In this document: piece after piece, positions 7,642-14,917 of the stretch
How the letters are laid out: the number at the start of each line of letters is the position of its first letter
How positions within the stretch are numbered: the first letter of the stretch is position 1
Source: a virus
IMG/VR virus record: IMGVR_UViG_3300045988_103633
Location: 1 to 44,761 of that record
Reading direction: 5' to 3' (one strand)
Length of the DNA stretch: 44,761 nucleotides
Notes under the pieces: generated by a model
Databases searched by the model: none
What the model was told of the DNA's origin: nothing
Seen by the model: only the letters and a program-made list of their open reading frames with translations
Position numbers and translations under genes: made by a program

Positions 7642-8403
7642 ATGGCAAAGATGAAAAAGGTAAAAAAAGATCATTTTGTTGTGATTGATAGCAATCTAAT
7701 TCGTGATGATCGGCTTTCGTGGAAAGCACGTGGCATTTTCGGTTATTTGTGGTCAATGTCCGACGATTGGGAATTCTACGAAAAAGAAGTGATGAAACAT
7801 TCATCGGACGGTCTGGCATCTTTACAAAGCGGATTGAAGGAATTAGAACGATATGGCTATCTAAAGCGTGTCAAGGTTCGTGACAAAGGAAAATTCAAAG
7901 GTTACGAATGGTTATTGACGGATACGCCAGAAATCATCGAAAACGAAGAAAATGACGATATACCAACGATTCAACCGAAATCAGAAAATCCGATCTCGGA
8001 AAAACCGTTCTCGGAAAAACCGTTCTCGGAAAATCCGATACTAAGTAATATAAATAATAAGCATTATCAAATACAAGAAAAATCAACAGAAGAAAAACCT
8101 ATGAGCGAATCAAATGATTCACTCGCAGAAGCGTTCGAAAAGCTTTGGAAATTGTATCCGAACAAAAAAGGCAAAAAGCCGGCTTTCATAGCATACAAAC
8201 GAGCGATCAAAAAAGGAACGACAAACAAGCAGATTCAAGATGGCATTGTCAGATACATTGCAGAAATCAAAAAGAGACGTACGCCGATCGATAAAGTGGC
8301 GCATGGATCGACGTTTTTCAATCAAGAAAGATGGTTGGATGATTATGATCAACAAGCAATGATTTCAGACGGTGGAAACAAATATTCGAATTTGGGATGG
8401 TGA
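7642..8403 (+). CDS. Replication initiator / replisome organizer (N-terminal winged-helix, DnaD-like C-terminal region)
   Basis: FVVIDSNLIRDDRLSWKARGIFGYLWSMSDDW...LKELERYGYLKR and C-terminal FEKLWKLYPNKKGKKPAFIAYKRAI...FFNQERWLDDY. Sits upstream of the DnaC-like loader. Confidence 0.7.
   Translation: MAKMKKVKKDHFVVIDSNLIRDDRLSWKARGIFGYLWSMSDDWEFYEKEVMKHSSDGLASLQSGLKELERYGYLKRVKVRDKGKFKGYEWLLTDTPEIIENEENDDIPTIQPKSENPISEKPFSEKPFSENPILSNINNKHYQIQEKSTEEKPMSESNDSLAEAFEKLWKLYPNKKGKKPAFIAYKRAIKKGTTNKQIQDGIVRYIAEIKKRRTPIDKVAHGSTFFNQERWLDDYDQQAMISDGGNKYSNLGW
7981..8040 (+). repeat. Four tandem 15-bp repeats (tcRgaaaaWccgWtc) inside the organizer gene. Candidate origin iterons.
   Basis: tcagaaaatccgatc tcggaaaaaccgttc tcggaaaaaccgttc tcggaaaatccgata, encoding SENPI SEKPF SEKPF SENPI. 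Confidence 0.8.
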
Positions 8404-8409
8404 TACCTG

Positions 8410-9291
8410 GTGGAAAACATGAGAGATTCAATGCAAATGCTTATGAGCAAGTTCATGATCAAAACGGATGAAATGTGCGAAATCCACGGAATTGCGAAAG
8501 TAATTGCCAGAAATCAAAACGACATGAAGCCTTTTTGCGTTGAATGTCGCAGGTTGGAAATCGAACAGCAAAACAAAGAAAGAGCGGATAAAGCCTTGCA
8601 AGCAGATATCAAGCGAAAAACGTATGATGCACTGAAATATGATTCGATTTGCTCGGATGATGATGTTTGGAAAGCATCTTTCGACACGTTCCGGACGGAT
8701 GGCAAAGATGCAGAAGCTTTGAAGATCGCAAAAGACAAAGCCAGACACATTGCCGGAGAGTACCTGGCGAAACGAATTGAAGTTGACGAAAAAGGGAAAA
8801 AGAAGATCGTTAGAAACGAATTTAATACGATTTTAACAGGCCCAGCCGGATCGGGAAAAAGCCATTTGGCCATGTCGATTCTTAAAGCCGTGAACGAACA
8901 TTCCGATCCCTGGCAAAGTTGCATTTTCGTTTCAACAGTCGATTTGCTGATGCTTATCCGTGACAGTTTCGGCAAACCGGATTCGAAATTTTCAGAAGCA
9001 AACATGATCAATCTGTTAACAAGTTGCGATTTGCTCGTATTGGATGATCTAGGAACAGAATCAAGCTTGGTAAGAAGTGCGAATGAATCATCGGATTTTG
9101 TGCAAAAAGTTTTGTTTAGCATCTTATCGAGGAAAAGGACAATCATCACGACAAATCTTTCATCGGGTCAATTGATGGATATGTACAATCCTAAAATCAT
9201 TTCTCGAATCAACAAGGGAGTAGGATTTGACGGAAAGCACGTGATCAAGATGCCGGATGATGTCGAAGACAAACGTATTTTATCGTTTTAG
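8410..9291 (+). CDS. DnaC/IstB-like AAA+ helicase loader with an N-terminal Cys-pair zinc motif
   Basis: Walker A GPAGSGKSHL, Walker B LLVLDDLGTE, sensor TTNLS. N-terminal CEIHG...CVEC. Confidence 0.8.
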   Translation: MENMRDSMQMLMSKFMIKTDEMCEIHGIAKVIARNQNDMKPFCVECRRLEIEQQNKERADKALQADIKRKTYDALKYDSICSDDDVWKASFDTFRTDGKDAEALKIAKDKARHIAGEYLAKRIEVDEKGKKKIVRNEFNTILTGPAGSGKSHLAMSILKAVNEHSDPWQSCIFVSTVDLLMLIRDSFGKPDSKFSEANMINLLTSCDLLVLDDLGTESSLVRSANESSDFVQKVLFSILSRKRTIITTNLSSGQLMDMYNPKIISRINKGVGFDGKHVIKMPDDVEDKRILSF

Positions 9292-9300
9292 GCGAGAAGA

Positions 9301-9336
9301 CTCCCACCTCAAGGAACGAAAGTGAATAGGTGGGAG
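9301..9336 (+). promoter_or_regulatory. Left-end (LE) subterminal hairpin of the IS
   Basis: CTCCCACC-tcaaggaacgaaagtgaata-GGTGGGAG. The loop shares GAAcGAAAGTG with the RE hairpin. Confidence 0.65.
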
Positions 9337-9362
9337 ATGAATCGCCTTTGAACAAGGGATGA

Positions 9363-9515
9363 CTACTTACCATCTCTATTGTCCAACTGTTCAAGTGCAT
9401 ATTGAATAAGATAAATAATTGTTTGGGTACGAGTTGTAAAACCTTTCTTTTCTTTGAACTCGTCAATTCGTTTCAATAATTCTTTTGGATAACGCATATT
9501 CAAAACTTGCGACAT
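9363..9515 (-). CDS. Ribbon-helix-helix (CopG/Arc/MetJ-like) protein, 50 aa. The only convincing minus-strand gene. Absent from the ORF track (under 60 aa).
   Basis: My translation is MSQVLNMRYPKELLKRIDEFKEKKGFTTRTQTIIYLIQYALEQLDNRDGK, which has a beta-strand/helix/turn/helix pattern. A GGAGG lies 6 nt upstream of the ATG (9515..9513). Confidence 0.65.
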   Translation of the reverse strand: MSQVLNMRYPKELLKRIDEFKEKKGFTTRTQTIIYLIQYALEQLDNRDGK

Positions 9516-9601
9516 TTTTTAACCTCCATATTGTGTATTAAAATAATACATGATATAATCAATGTATATTATAATAATACACAAATAAGGAGGTGAAAGC
9601 A
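9516..9601. promoter_or_regulatory. Divergent promoter/operator region between the RHH gene and tnpB
   Basis: TGATATAAT (9551-9559) faces tnpB, and a TATAAT is present on the minus strand. An imperfect inverted repeat (ttgtgtattaaaataataca / tgtatattataataatacacaa) brackets them. Confidence 0.5.
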
Positions 9602-10726
9602 ATGTTAGTGAATAAAGCCTATAAATTTCGTATCTATCCAAGCAAAGAACAAGAAATACTGATTGCTAAAACAATCGGTTGTTCTCGTTTTGTATTCAAT
9701 CATTTCCTCGCAAAATGGAACGATACTTATAAGGCAACAGGAAAAGGTTTGACTTACAATTCGTGTTCTTCTCAATTAACCCAATTAAAGAAAGAATTAG
9801 TTTGGCTAAAAGAAGTAGATAGTATTGCGATTCAATCGTCATTAAAAAATCTTGCTGATGCTTATTCTCGCTTCTTTAAGAAGCAAAACGATACACCTCG
9901 CTTCAAGTCCAAAAAGAATAAGGTTCAATCTTATACAACAAAACACACGAATGGAAACATTGCCATTGAAGGCAACAAAATCAAATTGCCTAAACTTGGA
10001 TGGATTCGTTTTGCAAAGAGTCGTGAAGTAGAAGGTCGTATTCTCAATGCAACAATTAGACGAAATCCAAGTGGCAAATATTTTGTATCCATTCTTGTAG
10101 AAACAGAAGTACAACCGTTAGAAAAAACAGGTTCTTCTGTGGGCATAGATGTCGGCTTGAAAGATTTTGCTATTATTTCAGATGGAACTGTCTACTCTAA
10201 TCCTAAGTTTTTTCGAAGATTAGAAGAAAAGTTGGCAAAAGAACAACGGATTCTTTCAAGACGTAAAAAAGGTGGTTCAAATTGGGATAAACAACGGGTT
10301 AAGGTTGCCAGAATCCATGAACGCATTGTAAATGCCCGAACAGATTACTTGCAAAAAATCTCTACTGAAATCATCAAAAACCACGATGTAATCGGTATTG
10401 AATATTTGAAAATAAGTAATATGCTAAAGAATCATAACCTTGCAAAAGCGATCAGCGAAGTATCTTGGTATCAATTCAGAACGATGCTTGAATACAAAGC
10501 GAAATGGTACGGAAAGCAAGTTGTCACAGTAGCAAAAAACTTTCCATCCAGTCAACTTTGTTCGTGTTGCGGATACAAAAACAAAGACGTTAAGAATCTA
10601 AATCTTCGTGAATGGGATTGCCCATCTTGTGGAACACATCACGACAGAGATATTAACGCAAGTTTGAATCTTAAAAATGAAGCCATAAGGCTTCTAACCG
10701 TAGGAACGACGGGGATAGCCTACTAA
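9602..10726 (+). CDS. tnpB: TnpB (OrfB_IS605) RNA-guided nuclease, 374 aa, with RuvC and zinc-ribbon motifs apparently intact
   Basis: N-terminal [13 protein letters not shown]. Ruv[12 protein letters not shown], RuvC-II IGIEYL, zinc ribbon CSCCG...CPSCG, Ruv[15 protein letters not shown] 9602 is 8 nt after AAGGAGG (the track starts at GTG 9593). Confidence 0.9.
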   Translation: MLVNKAYKFRIYPSKEQEILIAKTIGCSRFVFNHFLAKWNDTYKATGKGLTYNSCSSQLTQLKKELVWLKEVDSIAIQSSLKNLADAYSRFFKKQNDTPRFKSKKNKVQSYTTKHTNGNIAIEGNKIKLPKLGWIRFAKSREVEGRILNATIRRNPSGKYFVSILVETEVQPLEKTGSSVGIDVGLKDFAIISDGTVYSNPKFFRRLEEKLAKEQRILSRRKKGGSNWDKQRVKVARIHERIVNARTDYLQKISTEIIKNHDVIGIEYLKISNMLKNHNLAKAISEVSWYQFRTMLEYKAKWYGKQVVTVAKNFPSSQLCSCCGYKNKDVKNLNLREWDCPSCGTHHDRDINASLNLKNEAIRLLTVGTTGIAY

Positions 10727-10800
10727 ATATCCGCTCGATAGAGCGAAGTTCGTAGGAATCTCCCAATTCTAAGCGAAGCGAAAGTGGGAGTAGTTCAATC
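10640..10800 (+). ncRNA. Putative omega/reRNA scaffold overlapping the tnpB 3' end and the RE. Extent is a guess.
   Basis: In characterised TnpB systems the guide RNA derives from this region. Local stems: gtagg...cctac (10700-10723), cgctc-gata-gagcg (10731-10745) and the RE hairpin. Confidence 0.4.
10760..10790 (+). promoter_or_regulatory. Right-end (RE) subterminal hairpin of the IS
   Basis: CTCCCA-attctaagcgaagcgaaag-TGGGAG. Same stem sequence and strand as the LE hairpin. Confidence 0.65.
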
Positions 10801-10803
10801 TAA

Positions 10804-10819
10804 TGTTTCACATGAAACA
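10804..10819. promoter_or_regulatory. Palindrome copy b (TGTTTCACATGAAACA), 14 nt after the RE hairpin
   Basis: Identical 16-mer to copy e. It ends 28 nt before ATG 10848. Confidence 0.8.
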
Positions 10820-10847
10820 AAATAATCGGATGAAAGGTGGAAAAAAC

Positions 10848-11024
10848 ATGTGTGAAGTATGCAAAGGGAAAAAAGTGGTAGTTGTTAACGTTGGCGGAGG
10901 GATTACATCTTTTCAACCTTGCCTAAAATGCAATAAACCAGAATACAACGAACGTCACAAAGAAACATGGGCTGATTTGGAGCGCATTTTAAACGTGTGC
11001 AATCCTAATACTAAAATCGATTAA
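10848..11024 (+). CDS. Small zinc-finger protein (58 aa, CxxC...CxxC)
   Basis: MCEVCKGKK...CLKCNK. ATG follows AAAGGTGG. In frame with ORF-track 10803..11024. Confidence 0.65.
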   Translation: MCEVCKGKKVVVVNVGGGITSFQPCLKCNKPEYNERHKETWADLERILNVCNPNTKID

Positions 11025-11088
11025 ATATATAGGCGTTGCTTAAAACGCCTTAAAACGAAAAATAGAGGCTATTTTGGAGGGGTAGGGA

Positions 11089-11571
11089 ATGACAAAAAAG
11101 GAGTTTCATCGTTTACGATCGATTTATCTTTCAATGTATGATCGAACCAAAAGCGAATTTTGGTTCGATAAAGTCAAAGAACTAACAAAAAAGTATGAAG
11201 AAGAAAATGACTATCGGCGGTTTGATGGTTATATAAAAATCCATTATCCGGATGGATCGGAATATTTGTATCGCAATTTGGATCGTGCAGGCGATCAATT
11301 CAAATTGTCGGGAGTGAAAATGTTTGACATGGCAAGAGCAGGCAAGAAGTTAAAAGATGGAACATTTTTCACGTTGGAAGAAATACCGAAGAAAAATCGG
11401 TTTGGTGTAACATTCGAATATCCGGACGGATGCATCAAGGAGTTTTTATCGGTTGCAAGCGCTAGCAAAGCAATCGGATTTTCGATCGATACAATTTCCA
11501 GATATAAGAATTCAGATAAGTTGTTGCTAGGAGAAATCAAGATCACAACGCTTCTGCATGAAGAATTATAA
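11089..11571 (+). CDS. Hypothetical DNA-binding protein with two NUMOD/IENR-like modules and no nuclease domain
   Basis: Internal repeat IKIHYPDGSEYLYRNLDRAGDQFKLSGVKMFDMARAGKKL / VTFEYPDGCIKEFLSVASASKAIGFSIDTISRYKNSDKL resembles homing-endonuclease DNA-binding modules. Confidence 0.45.
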   Translation: MTKKEFHRLRSIYLSMYDRTKSEFWFDKVKELTKKYEEENDYRRFDGYIKIHYPDGSEYLYRNLDRAGDQFKLSGVKMFDMARAGKKLKDGTFFTLEEIPKKNRFGVTFEYPDGCIKEFLSVASASKAIGFSIDTISRYKNSDKLLLGEIKITTLLHEEL

Positions 11572-11590
11572 AAAAAGTTTTATCTTTTTA

Positions 11591-11619
11591 TTGTACAATC
11601 AATTGCACAATGATATAAT
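11591..11619 (+). promoter_or_regulatory. Early promoter P3: TTGTAC-17 nt-TATAAT with an extended -10 TG
   Basis: -35 at 11591-11596, -10 at 11614-11619. The spacer contains ATTGCACAA. A related box, AACTAGTTGCATAA, lies downstream (11634-11647). Confidence 0.75.
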
Positions 11620-11672
11620 GCATTTATAAGGACAACTAGTTGCATAATAAAAAGGGAGAGAGGTGGAAAATA

Positions 11673-11855
11673 ATGTGGGCAATCGGATTTTTCGTTTTCG
11701 CATTCATCACGTTGGCTTTGCTATATAACGAATGGCAAAATGAGAAAGAAGCGAAATTGGAAGCTTTGAAAAAAATCGATGATTTGGAAAAACAAGTGCG
11801 AGTTTTAGAAGAAGTCGCAAGCATCACGAAAGAAGATGGAGGGATGGAGTTTTGA
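11673..11855 (+). CDS. Small TM plus coiled-coil protein (60 aa)
   Basis: MWAIGFFVFAFITLALLY followed by a charged helix. ATG follows GAGAGGTGG. Confidence 0.6.
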   Translation: MWAIGFFVFAFITLALLYNEWQNEKEAKLEALKKIDDLEKQVRVLEEVASITKEDGGMEF

Positions 11856-12358
11856 AAAAGTGGTCGGAGTTTGAAAGGGAAATAGAACAAACAAATGCAT
11901 ACTACCAAAGAAAAGGCCGTGGAGCGGTGGCGAAATTGCCGAATGGTGTGCAAACAGTCAAACAAGCAGGCACGATCAAAAATTTCCGGGTAAAAACGCC
12001 GTGTGATTTCATTGGACACGTTGACGGCGTTCCGGTGGCTTTCGATGTTAAAACGACATCAAGAAAGACCGCATTTCCAATTTTTACGAGAGGAAAGAAC
12101 AACAAAGAAACATATTCGCTTAAAAAACATCAAGCGATGTTTCTATCACAGTTTGACAACGGCGGAAGAGGTTATGTGCTAATCTATTCAATTCCGAAAG
12201 ATATATCGTGGCTTGTGCCGATCGAAGAATATTTGATGCTTAGCCAGGCAATGAAGAACAGTGGTAAGAAAAGCATTAATTTCATCCATTTTATCGGATA
12301 TGAAATCGAAAGAAAAGGCATGTTTTGGGATTATGCCGAAAAAATTTTCGGAGGTTAA
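11852..12358 (+). CDS. recU: RecU-like Holliday junction resolvase
   Basis: EIEQTNAYYQRKGRGAVAKLP...CDFIGHVDGVPVAFDVKTT...FPI...HQAMFL...GGRGYVLIY follows the RecU motif order. TTG start. Confidence 0.7.
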   Translation: MKKWSEFEREIEQTNAYYQRKGRGAVAKLPNGVQTVKQAGTIKNFRVKTPCDFIGHVDGVPVAFDVKTTSRKTAFPIFTRGKNNKETYSLKKHQAMFLSQFDNGGRGYVLIYSIPKDISWLVPIEEYLMLSQAMKNSGKKSINFIHFIGYEIERKGMFWDYAEKIFGG

Positions 12359-12359
12359 A

Positions 12360-12539
12360 ATGATGTATATTATAGGGTTCATAATCAAAATGATTCTTGC
12401 GATCATCGTGATTGCTTTCGTTGGTTTTGGCATTTTGTGGATATTGTTTCCAGAAAATTCGCTTGTTGTTTGGGTCGTTGCAATTGCTTTGCCGGTTATC
12501 ATTTGGCAAGGGTACAAAGAATTGGAGGAAAATCGATGA
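12360..12539 (+). CDS. Small 2-TM membrane protein (59 aa)
   Basis: ATG follows GGAGG. Two hydrophobic helices. Confidence 0.55.
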   Translation: MMYIIGFIIKMILAIIVIAFVGFGILWILFPENSLVVWVVAIALPVIIWQGYKELEENR

Positions 12540-12862
12540 TCGATGCAAACGAAGTGGAAAAGATTATCGGCGTTCGGCTTGACGATTGGCAAAAAGAAAT
12601 GATCGACAATTCTAATTCAATCAATTTCAATGCAAATCGGAGAAGGTCGGGGCGTGGGCTTGTGATGATCATTAAATTTTTATTACAGGTTGGCCATCCA
12701 TATTCCTTACCTAAAAAATCAATGTTATTAGATAAAAATAAAATTTATGCAATCAATTATTTTGAAATGATGGTTGATTGCTATGAGAAACTAAAAGCGG
12801 AAGGCATTCCAGTTCGCATACTTAAAAACACAGAAGAATATGAAAGAGAGGAAAACAAGTGA
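12536..12862 (+). CDS. Hypothetical protein (108 aa)
   Basis: ATGA overlap with the upstream gene. GGAGG upstream. Confidence 0.6.
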   Translation: MIDANEVEKIIGVRLDDWQKEMIDNSNSINFNANRRRSGRGLVMIIKFLLQVGHPYSLPKKSMLLDKNKIYAINYFEMMVDCYEKLKAEGIPVRILKNTEEYEREENK

Positions 12863-13179
12863 TCTATATAGGTGCAAAACAAACAGGAGAGAATGCACAA
12901 CCTATTCCAATCAGTGCCAGACCTATTGATATGATCGGCTTGCTGAAACGGCTAAAACAAGCTTACAATCAATTTCAGCAAGTATCAGAATATATCTATG
13001 TTAACGGACTGACATTGATCGATGTAGAACTCGAAACGGAACTTGATCGTCCAATATTCATTTGTAGAAACTTAAATGGCAAATTATTGTATCTGTTTCA
13101 CGATGGTTATATCAAAAGTGTTCGGAATAAGAACGGTAACATGGAAATCGAAGAAAATCATTTGTGGGATTGGAGGTAA
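12859..13179 (+). CDS. Hypothetical protein (106 aa)
   Basis: ORF track entry. GTG start overlaps the upstream stop. Confidence 0.55.
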   Translation: MIYIGAKQTGENAQPIPISARPIDMIGLLKRLKQAYNQFQQVSEYIYVNGLTLIDVELETELDRPIFICRNLNGKLLYLFHDGYIKSVRNKNGNMEIEENHLWDWR

Positions 13180-13183
13180 AGAA

Positions 13184-13390
13184 TTGATATTTATTAGCTA
13201 TTTGATTCTTGTTTTGTTGGCCAGCGGTTTGGGAATTTTTACGATCAGCACATTTTTCCGTCAGGCATTCAATCACGATCAAGAAATCGATAATTTTAAC
13301 GCAATATTTTGGTTTGGCATCGCAATCGTTTTGGCCGTTGTCATATTGGCTTGCCTAGTATTCATAGGATTGGAGTTGAAACAGATATGA
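13184..13390 (+). CDS. Small 2-TM membrane protein (68 aa, TTG start)
   Basis: TTG is 7 nt after GGAGG. Hydrophobic helices ISYLILVLLASGLGIFTI and IFWFGIAIVLAVVILACLVFIG. Confidence 0.5.
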   Translation: MIFISYLILVLLASGLGIFTISTFFRQAFNHDQEIDNFNAIFWFGIAIVLAVVILACLVFIGLELKQI

Positions 13391-13710
13391 AAAAGCACGT
13401 GTTGGAAATCGTAGTCAAAAAGAAAAATGTGATTTTAAGGAAAACAGTCAAGCATGCAGGATCAGAACAGATCGCAAGAGATGTGTTTCACGTGGAACAT
13501 GATCGATTAAGAAAAATGCAAGTCGAACAAGACGTGAAAGAAATCCAAAAAGCGCAACGGCGTGGATTTTATGATGTTTATCTAAGATATATCAAGATGA
13601 ACCAAAAAACGAACGGCGTACAGGTGTCAGAAAGCTTTATGGAAGAACATTTCACTTTTGCCAACGATCAAAAATTCGGGAGGGTTGATGATGTTAGCAA
13701 AGCAAAATGA
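13387..13710 (+). CDS. Hypothetical protein (107 aa)
   Basis: ATGA overlap with the upstream ORF. In frame with ORF-track 13309..13710. Confidence 0.6.
   Translation: MKKHVLEIVVKKKNVILRKTVKHAGSEQIARDVFHVEHDRLRKMQVEQDVKEIQKAQRRGFYDVYLRYIKMNQKTNGVQVSESFMEEHFTFANDQKFGRVDDVSKAK
13484..13499. promoter_or_regulatory. Palindrome copy f (TGTTTCACGTGGAACA), inside a CDS
   Basis: Matches TGTTNCA-YR-TGNAACA. Confidence 0.65.
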
Positions 13711-13756
13711 TTCGGATATTTTCAAATATGAGCGACTAGAATCGGGGTATTGATCG

Positions 13757-13840
13757 ATGCAACCAGTATATATTTTGTGGGCGGTATTTATCGCAATTTT
13801 TATCGGTGTAATTATTTTCAAAGATGGCGAAGGAGATTAG
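13757..13840 (+). CDS. Possible 27-aa single-TM micro-protein
   Basis: My translation is MQPVYILWAVFIAIFIGVIIFKDGEGD. The RBS is weak. Confidence 0.3.
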   Translation: MQPVYILWAVFIAIFIGVIIFKDGEGD

Positions 13841-13842
13841 AA

Positions 13843-13980
13843 ATGGGAAAACGTGGCAAACGAATCAAAAAGAAAAACAGAAAACAAAAAGAATTGCGTG
13901 AGATCAACGAACAAAAAACAAAGAAAGTGAGTGTTCAAAATGGCATTAGTGGAGTACACAGCAACAAAAGTCGTTTGTGA
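13843..13980 (+). CDS. Possible 45-aa highly basic peptide
   Basis: ATG is 6 nt after GAAGGAGA. It overlaps the next gene by 41 nt. Confidence 0.35.
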   Translation: MGKRGKRIKKKNRKQKELREINEQKTKKVSVQNGISGVHSNKSRL

Positions 13981-14248
13981 TATTTGTGGAGCGGATGCAA
14001 ACGGATCATGGTTTCGCAGGGAAGAAGTAAACGGAATTATAAATCGATTGTTTATCAGTCCGATCGATTTATGCGACACACATTCGAAGATGTATGACGA
14101 AGACGAAGCATTCAAAAAGTACGTTGTATTGGAAAGCGATAAAAACAATTATCCACAGGAAAAGAAAGATGAATTGATTCAGGCAATGAAACAAAAATGG
14201 GAGGGTATGGAAGAATGGCAACAAGATCAAATGAAGAACAACAATTGA
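13940..14248 (+). CDS. Hypothetical protein (102 aa) with a CxxC...C..H motif
   Basis: ORF track 13931..14248. The ATG at 13940 is preferred as the start. Confidence 0.55.
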   Translation: MALVEYTATKVVCDICGADANGSWFRREEVNGIINRLFISPIDLCDTHSKMYDEDEAFKKYVVLESDKNNYPQEKKDELIQAMKQKWEGMEEWQQDQMKNNN

Positions 14249-14463
14249 TCGCAGAAATAAAAGCAAATTACACAGGATTTGTGAATAACTCTTTTATCGG
14301 AAATATAAGCACAAGCGGACATCCCAGGATTTTGGATGGTTTATTGGTAAACTTGATCGCAGACATTATCAACCGCAAAGAAACGGACGAAGAGCGCCAC
14401 AATCTTTGCTATCAGATTGACCAGGTTATTTCAGATCACTTGAAGCAGGAGGAAGATCGATGA
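14215..14463 (+). CDS. Hypothetical protein (82 aa)
   Basis: ATG is 10 nt after GGAGG. In frame with ORF-track 14197..14463. Confidence 0.55.
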   Translation: MATRSNEEQQLIAEIKANYTGFVNNSFIGNISTSGHPRILDGLLVNLIADIINRKETDEERHNLCYQIDQVISDHLKQEEDR

Positions 14464-14699
14464 AATATCGGGTTGGGGATAGGTTCATGGCAAGAGTGAA
14501 AGGAGAGTTCCTTATTCGTGAGGTGGTCGCAGTCGATTGCGATCATCCACACGGATATCATTATAAAATGATGGCCAACGATTCAAAACCGTTTTGGCAA
14601 ACAGAAAAGCAATTGGATAAATATATTCACGTTGGAAATGTTTTTCGAATTGAACGTTCTTGCGAGATATACAAAGCAACACAAGAAAAAACGATGTGA
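14460..14699 (+). CDS. Hypothetical protein (79 aa)
   Basis: ATGA overlap with the upstream gene. Confidence 0.6.
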   Translation: MKYRVGDRFMARVKGEFLIREVVAVDCDHPHGYHYKMMANDSKPFWQTEKQLDKYIHVGNVFRIERSCEIYKATQEKTM

Positions 14700-14713
14700 A
14701 GAGGGGTTATAGC

Positions 14714-14914
14714 ATGGAAATGAATCAATTTAGCGCAGGTGACCGGATCATTTGCAAATATTCGGATGTTGCTGATTGGATTTATAAGGTTGATAAATTC
14801 GAAAAGAAGGATCGAAATGGCGTGTATCATTTACTTTCGCCATCAGGTGTGAATTTTGAGTGTCAACAAGCGAACGTGGAAGATGTTTGTGAATTGTATG
14901 AGAAAGGACGTTGA
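14714..14914 (+). CDS. Hypothetical protein (66 aa)
   Basis: ATG follows GAGGGG. In frame with ORF-track 14660..14914. Confidence 0.55.
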   Translation: MEMNQFSAGDRIICKYSDVADWIYKVDKFEKKDRNGVYHLLSPSGVNFECQQANVEDVCELYEKGR

Positions 14915-14917
14915 CAA

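Larger units (their letters stand above)
9292..10800 (+). mobile_element. IS200/IS605-family (IS1341-like, tnpB-only) insertion element carrying a divergent RHH gene. Boundaries are approximate.
   Basis: The tnpB ORF is flanked by two related same-strand subterminal hairpins (9301-9336 and 10760-10790). No Y1 tnpA is present. The element lies between the loader stop (9291) and the next phage gene. Confidence 0.75.

Noticed and set aside
7981-8040. Tandem 15-bp repeats as a possible CRISPR array
   Set aside because: The repeats are contiguous with no spacers, in frame inside a CDS, and number only four. No CRISPR-like repeat-spacer structure exists in the window.
8514-9149. 211-aa minus-strand ORF
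   Set aside because: It lies entirely antisense to the DnaC-like loader gene, which has clear Walker A/B motifs. It has no RBS and its composition is that of a shadow ORF.
9245-9466. 73-aa minus-strand ORF from the track, overlapping the IS left end
   Set aside because: It runs across the LE hairpin into the loader gene and has no RBS. The 50-aa RHH ORF in another frame (9363..9515) has a GGAGG and a coherent fold pattern.
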